Shown piece after piece: positions 41,021-51,056 of a stretch of DNA of 64,000 nucleotides (position 1 is its first letter; each line of letters starts with the position of its first letter). A model generated the notes under the pieces. It was given only the letters and a program-made list of their open reading frames with translations. It searched no databases and was not told the DNA's origin. Position numbers and translations under genes: made by a program. Source of the stretch: a virus; IMG/VR virus record IMGVR_UViG_3300032053_000011, positions 32,001-96,000 of that record. One strand, written 5' to 3'.

Positions 41021-41368
41021 TCATTCCATGACGCAGGAATCGCAGCCAGTGCGACAGCCCGGGGCGCCGCATCCATTCTCGTCGTCGTCGATGCTGAACA
41101 CCGCGATGCCAGGAATCGTCATCGGCACTGCCTGCTCGAGCGCATAGCGATCGTTCGCGTGTCTGGCCTGCTCCACGGTGCATACCGTCAGGCAATAGAC
41201 CGACTGCGGATGCACGAACTGGACGATCGGCGGATCGACCTGGATCTCCGCTCGCATCATCTTGATCCCGAAGCGCTCGACTTCGCTGACCTTCGCGCCG
41301 AATCGGCGATGTCCCATCAACTCCACGATCGCAAACTGGTCGTTCTCGTCCGCTGCCATGACGCTCAC
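41021..41368 (-). CDS. Conserved phage hypothetical protein
   Basis: AIVELMGHRR..AKVSEVERFG..M.R...SVYCLT. Confidence 0.65.
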   Translation of the reverse strand: MSVMAADENDQFAIVELMGHRRFGAKVSEVERFGIKMMRAEIQVDPPIVQFVHPQSVYCLTVCTVEQARHANDRYALEQAVPMTIPGIAVFSIDDDENGCGAPGCRTGCDSCVME

Positions 41369-42258
41369 TTCTTCCCCTGGAAGAAATGGAGCGACGACTC
41401 CGTCGCGTACATGTGACTGCGCCGCACCTTCTCACCGCGAAGATGGGCCTGGACCGCGCGTAGAATCTTCAAGGCTAACGGTCGGCGCTGACCCTTCACG
41501 TTGCCGATGGATCCGATGATGGTCTCCCGCGCGACCCAGATCGGCGAATCCTTGTCGAGCCCGGTGCCATCGACCAGTCCGCGCACGAATGCCTCGACCG
41601 CCGCCGGGTGTTTCTTGTGCGCGAAGACCAGAGCCGCGCCGACCATGGCGGGCTTGAACGGCGCCTTGTCGGGCAGCACTTCGAGGATCAGGTCGATCGC
41701 CTTGTGATTCCGCTGGTAGTACGCCTCGGTGTCCTCGACGCCGCCCTTGCCGCACATGTTGGTGAGGAGCTGGCGCTCGCCGTTGCACCATGCAGTCACG
41801 CGCTTCGGTCCGGGGATCACTCCATCCCGGCGCAGAACTTCGGCGATCGACCGGGTCGCACCGCGGTCGATCGTCTTGATCGCGTCCTTGGCGACGTTGT
41901 ACGCGACGGAGATCCGCACCGTGATGCCCGACTCGACGATGGCCCAGAGCCGATGCTGGCCGTCGATCAGGTTGCCATCGACATCGAATCCGATCGCCTG
42001 ATTGTTGACCTTCCAACCACCGTTCTTCATGACACGCGCGAAAGCCTCGACGCGGTTCTGGCCGATGGGTCGGTTGTCGGTGTTCTTGTCGAGGAACGCG
42101 GCAGCCGTTGTGGGATCGATGTCCATCACGTCGAAGTAGGTCTCGTCGTCCGCGCGCACGGTTGGCTTGGGCGCCTTGACGCTCCGAAGATCGGCTACTG
42201 CTTTGCGGGTCGTGGACTTCATAACGGCTCCGTGTTCGATCATTGTGTGCTGCCTCAC
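41365..42258 (-). CDS. ParB-like (DGQHR) domain protein
   Basis: NTDNRPI...V...AR.M..G.W......I.FD.DG.LIDGQHRLWAIVESG...TID.G..RS; exact start uncertain. Confidence 0.8.
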   Translation of the reverse strand: MRQHTMIEHGAVMKSTTRKAVADLRSVKAPKPTVRADDETYFDVMDIDPTTAAAFLDKNTDNRPIGQNRVEAFARVMKNGGWKVNNQAIGFDVDGNLIDGQHRLWAIVESGITVRISVAYNVAKDAIKTIDRGATRSIAEVLRRDGVIPGPKRVTAWCNGERQLLTNMCGKGGVEDTEAYYQRNHKAIDLILEVLPDKAPFKPAMVGAALVFAHKKHPAAVEAFVRGLVDGTGLDKDSPIWVARETIIGSIGNVKGQRRPLALKILRAVQAHLRGEKVRRSHMYATESSLHFFQGKK

Positions 42259-42297
42259 CTGGGGATAATCCCGAAGCCTGATCGGGTCAACATCAAA

Positions 42298-42317
42298 ACG
42301 CTAGCCACTGGCTAGCG
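42298..42317. promoter_or_regulatory. Perfect palindromic box at the divergence point of the two transcription arms
   Basis: CGCTAGCCA C TGGCTAGCG (9-1-9 inverted repeat, 42299-42317); the minus strand shows -10-like TAGCGT. Confidence 0.7.
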
Positions 42318-42699
42318 CGGTACGATTCCGCGTGTCACCGACACGTACCGGCAACGACAGAGGTCCGCAACTCCGCGCCGGACATTGTCTGGCAGGACCT
42401 CTTGCACGCGCTACGAACGCGGCGTACAGACCGCGCATGGAACCACTCTCGTACGAACAGCTTGTCGCCCTCGGTTGGACCGACGCCGAGATCGACGCCC
42501 GCCAGTCGGCCGAGTCAGACGAACTGCACGATGGTTCGATCGAGCCTCTGCCTCGGAAGCCCGATCCGGTCACTCCAGATGTGGCAACTCGGCGTCGGCA
42601 GGAGCGCCGCTGACGTCGTCGTACTCGCTGCGCCAGCGCCCGGCTGAACACAGGCGCGCCGTTGTGGACGCCGCCCCCGACCTACGCCAGAATGCCTGG

Positions 42700-43026
42700 A
42701 TGCAGAACCTGTTGCGCCTATCCATCTCTCGCGGGTTGGGGATCGCGTTCGAGTCCCTGGGCGTGCTCGGCTCTGGCTTCGCGGTTCTGCGCGCCATCAC
42801 TCCGCTCTACTCACTGCCGGATGCTCAAGCGAGCACCAGTGCCCCGCGAATGATGCCGATCGGAACCCGTCTCAAGATCGACAGCGTGAGCACGGTCTCT
42901 GGCAGGCAGTTGTATCGAGTTCGAATGCTGCGTGGCAAAGGTCCATCTCCCGCGACGTGGGCCTACGACACCGGGAGTCTGACGCGCGGGTACGCGTACC
43001 TGACCGCGGCCGATCTTCGTCACTGA
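42700..43026 (+). CDS. Hypothetical protein, possible SH3b-like domain
   Basis: LYSLP...PIGTRLKI...YRVR...GY.Y; CAGAAT 6 nt before ATG. Confidence 0.45.
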   Translation: MQNLLRLSISRGLGIAFESLGVLGSGFAVLRAITPLYSLPDAQASTSAPRMMPIGTRLKIDSVSTVSGRQLYRVRMLRGKGPSPATWAYDTGSLTRGYAYLTAADLRH

Positions 43027-43109
43027 GTCAGCGCCGCGCGTACGGTCACGATCGAGCCGACGTTCTCGGCGAGGCACGACCATAGTCTGCCACTCACCGC
43101 TGGAGTTCC

Positions 43110-44455
43110 ATGAGCAGCCCACAGAACAATCCACGCATCAAGGTCGGTCCCTACGCGCTGCGACCGGTGCCAGATCAGATCCCGATCGGAATGATCTATG
43201 TCGCCACGGATCAACCGATCATCTCGGTGGCGATTGGACCGGGCACGCCGCACATCTGGGAAGAGTTCGTTTCCATCCCCGCTCCTCAACCGTTGCGCAA
43301 CACAGTGTTCGTTGCCAAGAATGGCGATGACTCCACTGCGGATGGTTCGATCGGCAAGCCATTTCTGACCGTACAGGCCGGGATGGAATACGCCTGGAGA
43401 CGTACGTGGCGCCGCTCGGGCCGCAGCCCTATCCAGGCCCATACACCCGCCCGTGTGTCTTCATCAGCGCGGGGACGTACGACGGTCCGTTCGTGCTGCC
43501 GCCGCAGATCTGCCTGATGGGGGAGGGGTACAATCACTCTCGCCTCTCTGGCAACTGGTCGATCGATGATCGCTGGAGCAACTATGCTACGGCTACGGCT
43601 GCCGTCGCACCCAACGCGGTTTCCATTCCGGTCGCGCCTCTCCTGATCGCCTTCCCGGCAGGGCAAGTGATGACCTGGATCGTGGGCGGTGCGGTGACGG
43701 TCCTGACCGCGCCAGCTCTGGTTGGTGCGACGACGCTCAGCATCGCGCCACTCGTGGGGGCTATTGCCCCAGGAGAGGGTGGCGAATACGCGAACGACAT
43801 GCGGTCGTCGTGGATCAACGTTGGAGTGTTCGGTGACATCACCGTCGACTTCGCAACCGTGATCAGCAACGAGGGCAAGCTCTACGCATTCGGCGTTCGG
43901 TTTGGCGGGAACATCACGATCGACGAGAAGAGGGTCTTCCCTGTTTCCAACTCGCTCACAGTGATCGCCTCTGAACTTTTCGGCGACACGACCCTGGGCG
44001 GGATCCCCACGCTCCTGGAGGGCTGTGTGATGGGCGGCGGAACGCTGACGCTCAACCAGCTCGTGGGATCTGGCGTCGACAATCTCTTCGAGAGTTCTGG
44101 CGGATCGCTCGGAAACATTGTCGTAAACAACCTCTCGGGCCCCGTACAGGCATACAAATGCAAGTTTGGTCACTCGGTGCAGCCCGGAACCACCCTGACC
44201 ATGAACGGGCCGGATTCCCTGGTCAGTGGTGACATCTCGAGCATCCCGCTGCAAACGTCTGTGACGTTGAGCGGCCTCGCAACCCTCGATCAGATCGTTC
44301 GCACAAACCAGCCGAATTGGAGCGGCCCGACAGCTACACGGCCAACCAACGTGTACATCGGACTTCAGTTCTTCGACACGAGTCTGGGACTGGCTGGTCT
44401 CCCGATCTGGTATGACGGCACGAATTGGATCACCGCTGCTGGCGTGGTTGTCTAG
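43110..44455 (+). CDS. Fibre/spike-like structural protein split by a -1 frameshift at about 43397
   Basis: Frame 1 VFVAKNGDDSTADGSIGKPFLTVQAGMEYAW continues naturally into the -1 frame ETYVAPLG...CVFISAGTY; C-terminal GPTATRPT...GLQFFDTSLG..PIWYDGTNW resembles phage fibre ends. Confidence 0.7.
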
Positions 44456-44486
44456 CGCGTTTTTACGCGCGGGGCAGAAGCGCTTC

Positions 44487-44515
44487 TTGACGATACGCTA
44501 GCCAGACGCTAGCGT
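44487..44515 (+). promoter_or_regulatory. Leaderless sigma70-like promoter with perfect box
   Basis: TTGACG-17-TAGCGT-7 nt-ATG 44523; box GCTAGC CAGAC GCTAGC. Confidence 0.75.
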
Positions 44516-44522
44516 GCGCTCG

Positions 44523-45113
44523 ATGGTGCACCCGAAAGAGGCTGCTGCGAGACAGGCGATCCGCTTCACGGACGAGCCGTTGATGGAGCTCGCGCTGAAG
44601 CTTGCGGGCGGTCTTTCACTACTGCCGTGGTTCGTGAACCACGCTGCAAGTGGCCCCGAGGCGATCGCGGTCTATTGGAGCTGTTCGCGGGATCCTGTGA
44701 GCATGACGTTGGTGCTGGCGATCGTTGATCGGAGTGCCCTGTCCGACGCTCTCAGGTCGCTCAAGACACGGATCGTGCCCGGCCCTCCAGGCGCCGACTA
44801 CATAGCATTCGGCATGACGTGGCAAGACGGGCCGGATTACACCAAGCCTATCCAGGGTGGTGGCTGGTTCCACGACATTCTGGTGCACCTCGACTGCGCC
44901 ATCCTGGGCCTCGCGTTCTGGACGTTCCGCAAAAATTACGAGCACCTCATTGATCTCGCACTCAACGCGGCGATCATGACCGGTGCGATTGAGGGCACCT
45001 GCCCGGGGCCGCAGCACGAATGCGTGGCGGCTGCCCTGTGCGAAGAGCTGCGCCGGGCGATGCCGGTGCTCAGTCCTGAGCGTATCCTCGCAATCGGTGG
45101 AGAAGATCAATGA
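44523..45113 (+). CDS. Variable-core paralog family member (divergent)
   Basis: LLPWFVNHAASGPEAIAVYWSCSRDPVSM ... CEELRRAMP. Confidence 0.6.
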   Translation: MVHPKEAAARQAIRFTDEPLMELALKLAGGLSLLPWFVNHAASGPEAIAVYWSCSRDPVSMTLVLAIVDRSALSDALRSLKTRIVPGPPGADYIAFGMTWQDGPDYTKPIQGGGWFHDILVHLDCAILGLAFWTFRKNYEHLIDLALNAAIMTGAIEGTCPGPQHECVAAALCEELRRAMPVLSPERILAIGGEDQ

Positions 45114-45541
45114 CGGCGTACTTCGACAATCTTGGTTCCGCACTGCTTCAAGCGCGAGAGCTCGAGGGCGACCTGAAGCTCGACAATCGGCTACGCGAGA
45201 TTGAAGAGGGTCTCGTCTACGACGTGACGTTGTGTTTCGAGTCGCCCGGCTTTCCGGCCGACCTGCGCGAGCGTGGGCATCGCATCATCCTGAAACACGG
45301 TGTACATACTCGGCCACTCAACGATGCGACCCATCCCACGGTGGATTCGCTGTACGACGCATTCAGGGCTGTCGCGCAGATGGGTTCCGATCTGCACGAC
45401 CTGTTTCACGCCGTGTGCCGCCGCGAGACCGATGAAGGTCTGGTCGGGTTCAGCGATGACCCGCGCTCGCCGATGCGTGTTCTTGCGTGCCGTGGCGAGG
45501 AGTTCCGCGAAAACCTCGCGGCCGAAGCGAAGCCCGCATGA
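45110..45541 (+). CDS. Hypothetical protein
   Basis: Overlap-coupled on both sides. Confidence 0.55.
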   Translation: MTAYFDNLGSALLQARELEGDLKLDNRLREIEEGLVYDVTLCFESPGFPADLRERGHRIILKHGVHTRPLNDATHPTVDSLYDAFRAVAQMGSDLHDLFHAVCRRETDEGLVGFSDDPRSPMRVLACRGEEFRENLAAEAKPA

Positions 45542-46194
45542 TCGACACCGATCCGTTCGTCGACTCGTTGACCGATCTGCTCGTCGGGATCGACGAGGAC
45601 GGATATCCACCACTCGCATGGGTGGTCCGCTGGAGCGACGGCGGGCGCGATCCGGTGCATGCAGCATGGGAGGCGGCAGAGTCGCCGCATGCAATGGTGA
45701 AGGTCGTCCGCCTTGGATGGGGTGATCGCGCGATCCCCTTGAAGGCGACTATGGTCGCCACATTCCAAGCGGTCTCCGACGGCGTAACGGAAGTTCTGCC
45801 ACCGGGTGGATGGCCCGCGAAGTCACCGCCACAACCGCCGCGCAAGGTGCGGCAGCGTCGACAGATGACCGGCGCCGAGTTCGTACGCGGCGCGCAGCGG
45901 TACCTATCATCGACGGCATCGACGGCGGCGCTGTTCCCTCCACCTCTTCCCGGTGCTGCTGCGGATATCACATGGAGCCTGCCGGGGATCGCAGGCCGCT
46001 CAAGTCATGGTCCCACGCGTCTCCGGTACATGGATTCCGCTGGTGAGAAGTGGTTCGAGCGCGTCCACCGTGACTACCAAGACGCGCGCGAGCGGCTCCA
46101 GTATCGCGTGGCAGTCGCCAAGATCCGCCGCGAGTGCCCTGTGCCGCCGACGCTGGAAGAGCTATTGCGCAGAGCTAGCACAGTGCTAACGTAA
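45538..46194 (+). CDS. Variable-core paralog family member
   Basis: YPPLAWVVRWSDGGRDPVHAAWEAAESPHAM ... AKIRRECPVPPTLEELL. Confidence 0.7.
   Translation: MIDTDPFVDSLTDLLVGIDEDGYPPLAWVVRWSDGGRDPVHAAWEAAESPHAMVKVVRLGWGDRAIPLKATMVATFQAVSDGVTEVLPPGGWPAKSPPQPPRKVRQRRQMTGAEFVRGAQRYLSSTASTAALFPPPLPGAAADITWSLPGIAGRSSHGPTRLRYMDSAGEKWFERVHRDYQDARERLQYRVAVAKIRRECPVPPTLEELLRRASTVLT
46165..46192 (+). promoter_or_regulatory. sigma70-like promoter with box, inside the 3' end of the preceding gene
   Basis: TTGCGC-16-TAACGT; box GCTAGC ACAGT GCTAAC. Confidence 0.6.
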
Positions 46195-46420
46195 TCAACG
46201 CTGTCCAGGAATTGGGCAACACCCGCATGATCCTCTACTTCAAAGTCGGCTCGCTGCCCGGGATGCACATGCGCGTGGTTCGCAAGCGCAAGCCGCCAGT
46301 CATTGGCGAGTGCTTCAAGATCGTCGACCCGAAGGAGAAGTACGCACGTCATGAGCCCGTGCGTCTTCTCGAGATTCGCGATGTGAGCAGCGGGACGCTC
46401 TACGTTGTGGAGCGTTTCTG

Positions 46421-47212
46421 ATGCCTCGTTACGTCGTGACGGCACGCAAGGACAGGCTCTATCTCGAACATGTCCGATTGCTGGCGGAGCTCGAGGAGCC
46501 TGCCTACGGCGGCTTTGACGCCGCCCTCGTGGCCGATCGGACAATGCTTTGCGGCGCGCCTCTGTTCCACGGGTGGGACACGCGGCTGCCGCTGCCACGT
46601 CCGAAGGGACGTCGCTCCGACACGTGGTGCACCGTCTGTCGAGATGCCTACCTCGCGGCGGTCCATCCGGCGGCGCCGGTGAAGCCTCCGCGCGTGAAGC
46701 GCTACCGTGGCGAGTACACGCATCCCGATACCGCAGCGGGACTCGAGGGCCTCGTCGCATGGACGGACGGCAGCGGTACGTTCCAGCATTCACCGGCGGC
46801 GATCGGTGTAGTCGTCAGCGCTGATGGCGAGGTGATCTGCGAAGCATCGCAGTACGTCGGTCGCGGCACCAACAACGTCGCTGAACTCTGGGCCATCGGT
46901 CGGACACTCGCGATCGTGTACGCGATCGCACGAACACGCGACGTGCCGTTGCAGATTCGCTCGGACAGCTCCTTCGCCATTGGTGCGGTCAGGCACGGTT
47001 CTGCATGGGAGCTCGACCCGGCGTCAACGGTCGGCGCCCTTGGCCTCAAGGTGCGTGCCGAAGTCGCCCGCTGGCCGCAGATCGACCTCACCCTGGTGGC
47101 GGGCCACAGCGGAGTGCTCGGGAACGAACGTGCGGATTGGCTTGCCGGACGTGCTCGCAAGGCATTCATCGCTGCCACGCAAACCGAGTCTCATGACGAT
47201 GGAGTGTTTTGA
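46421..47212 (+). CDS. rnhA: Ribonuclease HI with N-terminal Cys-containing extension
   Basis: WTDGS, GTNNVAELWAI, IRSDS, VAGHSG..GNERADWLA. Confidence 0.85.
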   Translation: MPRYVVTARKDRLYLEHVRLLAELEEPAYGGFDAALVADRTMLCGAPLFHGWDTRLPLPRPKGRRSDTWCTVCRDAYLAAVHPAAPVKPPRVKRYRGEYTHPDTAAGLEGLVAWTDGSGTFQHSPAAIGVVVSADGEVICEASQYVGRGTNNVAELWAIGRTLAIVYAIARTRDVPLQIRSDSSFAIGAVRHGSAWELDPASTVGALGLKVRAEVARWPQIDLTLVAGHSGVLGNERADWLAGRARKAFIAATQTESHDDGVF

Positions 47213-48186
47213 TGGTCACCAACTATCGCACCCTGGCGTCCGTTCATCCTGGACCGCATCCACCGGGTTGCCAGTGCGGCACGAGTCTCGAGGTCCGCCA
47301 AGCCTATGCTGCCATCGGCGGCTGGTGGCACACCGAGGAGTGCAAACAGTGGAAGATCGCCGTCGAAATTTGGAAGCGCACCAATGAGCTGTCACCAGAG
47401 ATGGTCCGCGACTTCCAAAGTGCGAGCCTCTGATCTCGGCGATCGTCGCGGCGCTCTGGGTTAGATGGTAGGAGACGCATGACCAACTACAAACAGAACA
47501 CGAACCTGAAGTCCAACCTCACGCTGCTCCCATTGGTGCCCCAATGACTGCGCCAGAGGCAACGCACTGGATGTGCCGCTGCGTCGCGGCGCCGCGCAAC
47601 CGGGTCCACATCACGCACCCCGGGTGCCACGAGTGCGGCGCGAAGCAGACGGACCCGCCGCCGCAGGATCCAGTCGTCGCCGCCGAGCGCCGCGGTCGCG
47701 TCGTGGGCATGGAGGAAGCGGCTGCAATCCTCGAGTCCATGCGTGTCCCGAACAGCGACATGCCTTCGGTTCACGAGAAGAACAGGGCGCTGTACTACGC
47801 CATCGAACGTATCCGCGCCGCCATCAATGCACCGAGGACGCCGTGAGCAAGAGGCGTCGCAAGACTCGCGGCTGGACGCTGGCCGGTGCACTCGTCGATG
47901 GCGACCCGCGCATGCCTGCCGCTGCCCTCGCGCATGACATCGCGGAGATCAAACAGGCGGCACAGTACTTCGCCGACATTCGGAAGATCGGCGGCGCGGT
48001 TGGCTCCGGTATCGCCAACGACAACGCCGGGCCAAGAGCGCCATGAGCGTATCGCTCGATTTCTACATATTGCGCCAGCGGGCACGTTTGTATGGCCGCT
48101 GAACGGGATAAAGGGGGTATGGGGACAGCGACAAGATAGACCATGGTTCCAGATCGAGAACTTGATTGATTGAAGGAGTGAAGACG

Positions 48187-48687
48187 ATGGCTACGAAACC
48201 GAAGGCAGCGCTGAATGGTTCGGAGTGGGTTGGTGCAGCCGATGCGGCCCGGTTCGGGCAGGTGCATCAGAAGCAACTCACGCAGCACGCCAAGATGGAC
48301 CACTTTCGGAGGGCCAAGGACCCGACGACGGGTCGGTGGAAGTACAATGTTGCGGACCTGGAGGCCTATGCGGCCCGCGATCGCACCAAGGGTCGCAAGC
48401 GCAAGTACGTGCGGCCATCCAGCGTCGAGAGCGCGGCCAGCGAGAAGGCACCTGCGCCCAGGAACACCAGGAACGGCCATGCCAATGGCGACGTGGCTCC
48501 TGGTGTTGTGGCGAGAGTTGCAGGGCGGCACGCCGTATCAATCGCGCCGGTTCCACCCGTGACCAGCTCGCGCGCAGAATTCTTCGCGTGGATCGATGCC
48601 GGGATTCAGGCGAACTGGCTCGGTGGAGATGAGGCTCTCGAGGTCATCAAGCGCCAGCTTCCGATCGCTCCATCCGCCTCGCACTAG
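48187..48687 (+). CDS. Putative DNA-binding protein (excisionase/MerR-like HTH N-terminus)
   Basis: WVGAADAARF...GRWKYNVADLEAY followed by a basic region. Confidence 0.5.
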   Translation: MATKPKAALNGSEWVGAADAARFGQVHQKQLTQHAKMDHFRRAKDPTTGRWKYNVADLEAYAARDRTKGRKRKYVRPSSVESAASEKAPAPRNTRNGHANGDVAPGVVARVAGRHAVSIAPVPPVTSSRAEFFAWIDAGIQANWLGGDEALEVIKRQLPIAPSASH

Positions 48688-49195
48688 CTGCCACCATCCG
48701 AGCGCATGCGGTAGCATCGCTCGATGAGCAATCCGCCAAACCCGCCACCTCCCCCATCGGTTTTCAAGCACACTGATACGAACGGGCCGATCCTGATAGG
48801 CGCGCTGCCCAGCCGGTCCGAGATCATGCACGCGCTTGCGCGCCTTCCACACGCCGAGCGCGTTACGATTCTCGACGAAGCCGCACGCTACGGATCGACC
48901 ACGATCAGCGGCGATACAAGTACGAGGCCGATGAACGATTTCGAGCGCGTGCTACTCGATCGCGCGCTCGAGTCGCCGGTGCTCGCATCCAACCGCGCTG
49001 CCCGGCGCGCGGCACGTGGACGCCGCTGACGGCGTTGTGGTGTCCGAGCGATCGGCCCACGACCCATGGTGTGCCGTCCTGCGACCGCGTAATGCAACGC
49101 GTTGCGATGCGTGTTCATGAGCGGGTGCACGGGGCGTCTGTCACGACCTCTTCGATTCTTCTGGACACGACTTAACCGCTGGGAATTCCGTTTGA

Positions 49196-49247
49196 ATGCG
49201 ATAATCGCATCAAAGTCTTGCCAATTCTTCTGGACCGCTGATAAGTC
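49196..49247 (+). promoter_or_regulatory. Palindromic operator and promoter ahead of the replication operon
   Basis: ATGCGAT A ATCGCAT (49196-49210), TTGCCA (49218-49223), -10-like TAAGTC, ATG 49254. Confidence 0.5.
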
Positions 49248-49253
49248 TCGTTC

Positions 49254-49487
49254 ATGACGCAGAACGCAGCGGCTCGATCTACCAAGCGGGGACGTCGGCC
49301 GCTCCACGGCGAGAGCATGATATCGGTCACGTGCGATGTTCCGAGAGCGGTCCATGACCGCGCCCGTGAGCTCGCGAAACGGACCGATCGAACCATGGCG
49401 TTCGTGATCCGCGAAGCACTATCGGGTTATCTGGATATCGCTGAGAGCAACGACGTGCAGCCGATGATTGAGCCGACCGGCATCTGA
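49254..49487 (+). CDS. Ribbon-helix-helix (CopG-like) regulator
   Basis: ISVTCDVPRAVHDRARELAKRTDRTMAFVIREALSGYL. Confidence 0.75.
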   Translation: MTQNAAARSTKRGRRPLHGESMISVTCDVPRAVHDRARELAKRTDRTMAFVIREALSGYLDIAESNDVQPMIEPTGI

Positions 49488-50039
49488 CAGAGCGGTTGTT
49501 TGTGTCGGCGTGTTTGACGTGTCCGAGATCGGAAGCACTGGGCTGTCGATGCCTGTCATGGGGGTCATTGTGTCGCCATCCGACGCCGCGCGCGATGTCC
49601 GAGGTCCGCTGAAACTGGCGAAGCCAGTGGACCCATTGGGCCATCTGTCACGGACGGTGCACCTCGTACACCAGTTTCTGTTCGTTCGCGCAGCGGGCAG
49701 AGATCTTCCGGCCGCCGACGTACTGCCGTTGATCCGCCATGCCAATTCGGAACCGCTGCCGTTCGCCGAGGCGATGGCTCGGCAGGGCGCGACGGAGATC
49801 TTGGCCATCCTGGTGGCGGAGAGACTGGCGCTCGAACTGCCAAGCGGCGACTGGCAGATCATCAGGCTTGCGCAACGCGAGAACGCCGCGATCTTCGCGG
49901 GCAGCGCGAACCTCGCGCAGTGGGATGCCGACTTCGTGACCGTGCTGGCGCTGGTGGACGAGAACAACGCGCTCGATGAGATGCTGCCTGAGACATGGGG
50001 CGCAGCACTCGACTCGATTGCCAATGAGAGGATCACTCG

Positions 50040-51056
50040 ATGAATGAGCCAATCCGTGAGCTGATCCCCGATGTCCGATACTACTGGCACGGTGACCAGC
50101 ACGAATCCGAGTCACGCCTCCTTTATGATCGACCGTCGGACGCCTTTGTCGCGTGGAATACATTCCCGCTCACAGAGGATAGCGAGTACGCATACCGCGT
50201 TCAGGATGCCCTCAACTTCGTGCCGCGTGGCTATACACGCCCAGCCGACGCGCCAAACATCTTCGGGCATGAGCCTCCGATGGTGAGTACCGAGCTGACG
50301 GCATTGCCCGTGATCGAGTCTAGGAATTCGAGGGAGCATTGGCGCTACCCACCAGAGTTCTGGTGTTGCGGTAACTGGGACAAGGCTATCGAGGAGGGTT
50401 TTGAACGCAGCCTTCTGTACTTCGGCGACAGCGAGCCGATCGGTGTCGTTCTTCGCGCGGCATCGCGTGGAGCATTCGATCGGTTCGCGGATGCATGCGA
50501 CGTCGATGACTCACGCCTTCGATGCAAGCAGTGGCGCAAGACATCGATGCAAGCGGCACTATCGCTCAGGTCGCAATTGCATGCGGATGATGCCCGTCTT
50601 TCGAACGAACACCGCCCCATTGGTGGCGTCACGTTGGCATTCCATGATGGACAGCCGTGCTTCTTGTGGCGCCTCCGTTCTCAGCACTTCGCCGGGATCG
50701 TGGTGATCGTCGAGGCCGACCGCTGGACTGCTGAGCGGTGCAGACGAGAGTCATGCGCAGCCTGTTCGAGCGCGCACACTGTCAGGCTTCCCCCCACGGG
50801 ATGGGTCTACTTCTTCCGTGACACGTCGGGACGCATCAAGATCGGGACCACGATCACCATTCCAAAGCGGTTCGGGAACATCCAGACGGCGAGCGCTGAG
50901 AACATCATCATGATCGCCAAGATTCCTGGCGGCAAACAGGTGGAGACGATGCTTCACGAGCGTTTCAAAGCCGATCGTACTCGTGGGGACGGAGAGTGGT
51001 TCATGCCATCAAAGGACCTGCTCACGATGATCAAACAGTTGAAAGGCGGCGATTGA
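50040..51056 (+). CDS. Protein with C-terminal T5orf172/MUG113 GIY-YIG-like domain
   Basis: WVYFFRD..GRIKIGTT...R...Q...E..LHERF...R..GEWF. Confidence 0.75.
   Translation: MNEPIRELIPDVRYYWHGDQHESESRLLYDRPSDAFVAWNTFPLTEDSEYAYRVQDALNFVPRGYTRPADAPNIFGHEPPMVSTELTALPVIESRNSREHWRYPPEFWCCGNWDKAIEEGFERSLLYFGDSEPIGVVLRAASRGAFDRFADACDVDDSRLRCKQWRKTSMQAALSLRSQLHADDARLSNEHRPIGGVTLAFHDGQPCFLWRLRSQHFAGIVVIVEADRWTAERCRRESCAACSSAHTVRLPPTGWVYFFRDTSGRIKIGTTITIPKRFGNIQTASAENIIMIAKIPGGKQVETMLHERFKADRTRGDGEWFMPSKDLLTMIKQLKGGD

Noticed and set aside
41365-42258. Dnd phosphorothioation system suggested by the DGQHR motif
   Set aside because: No dndA/C/D/E or ssp genes are visible; the flanking motifs fit a phage ParB-like family.
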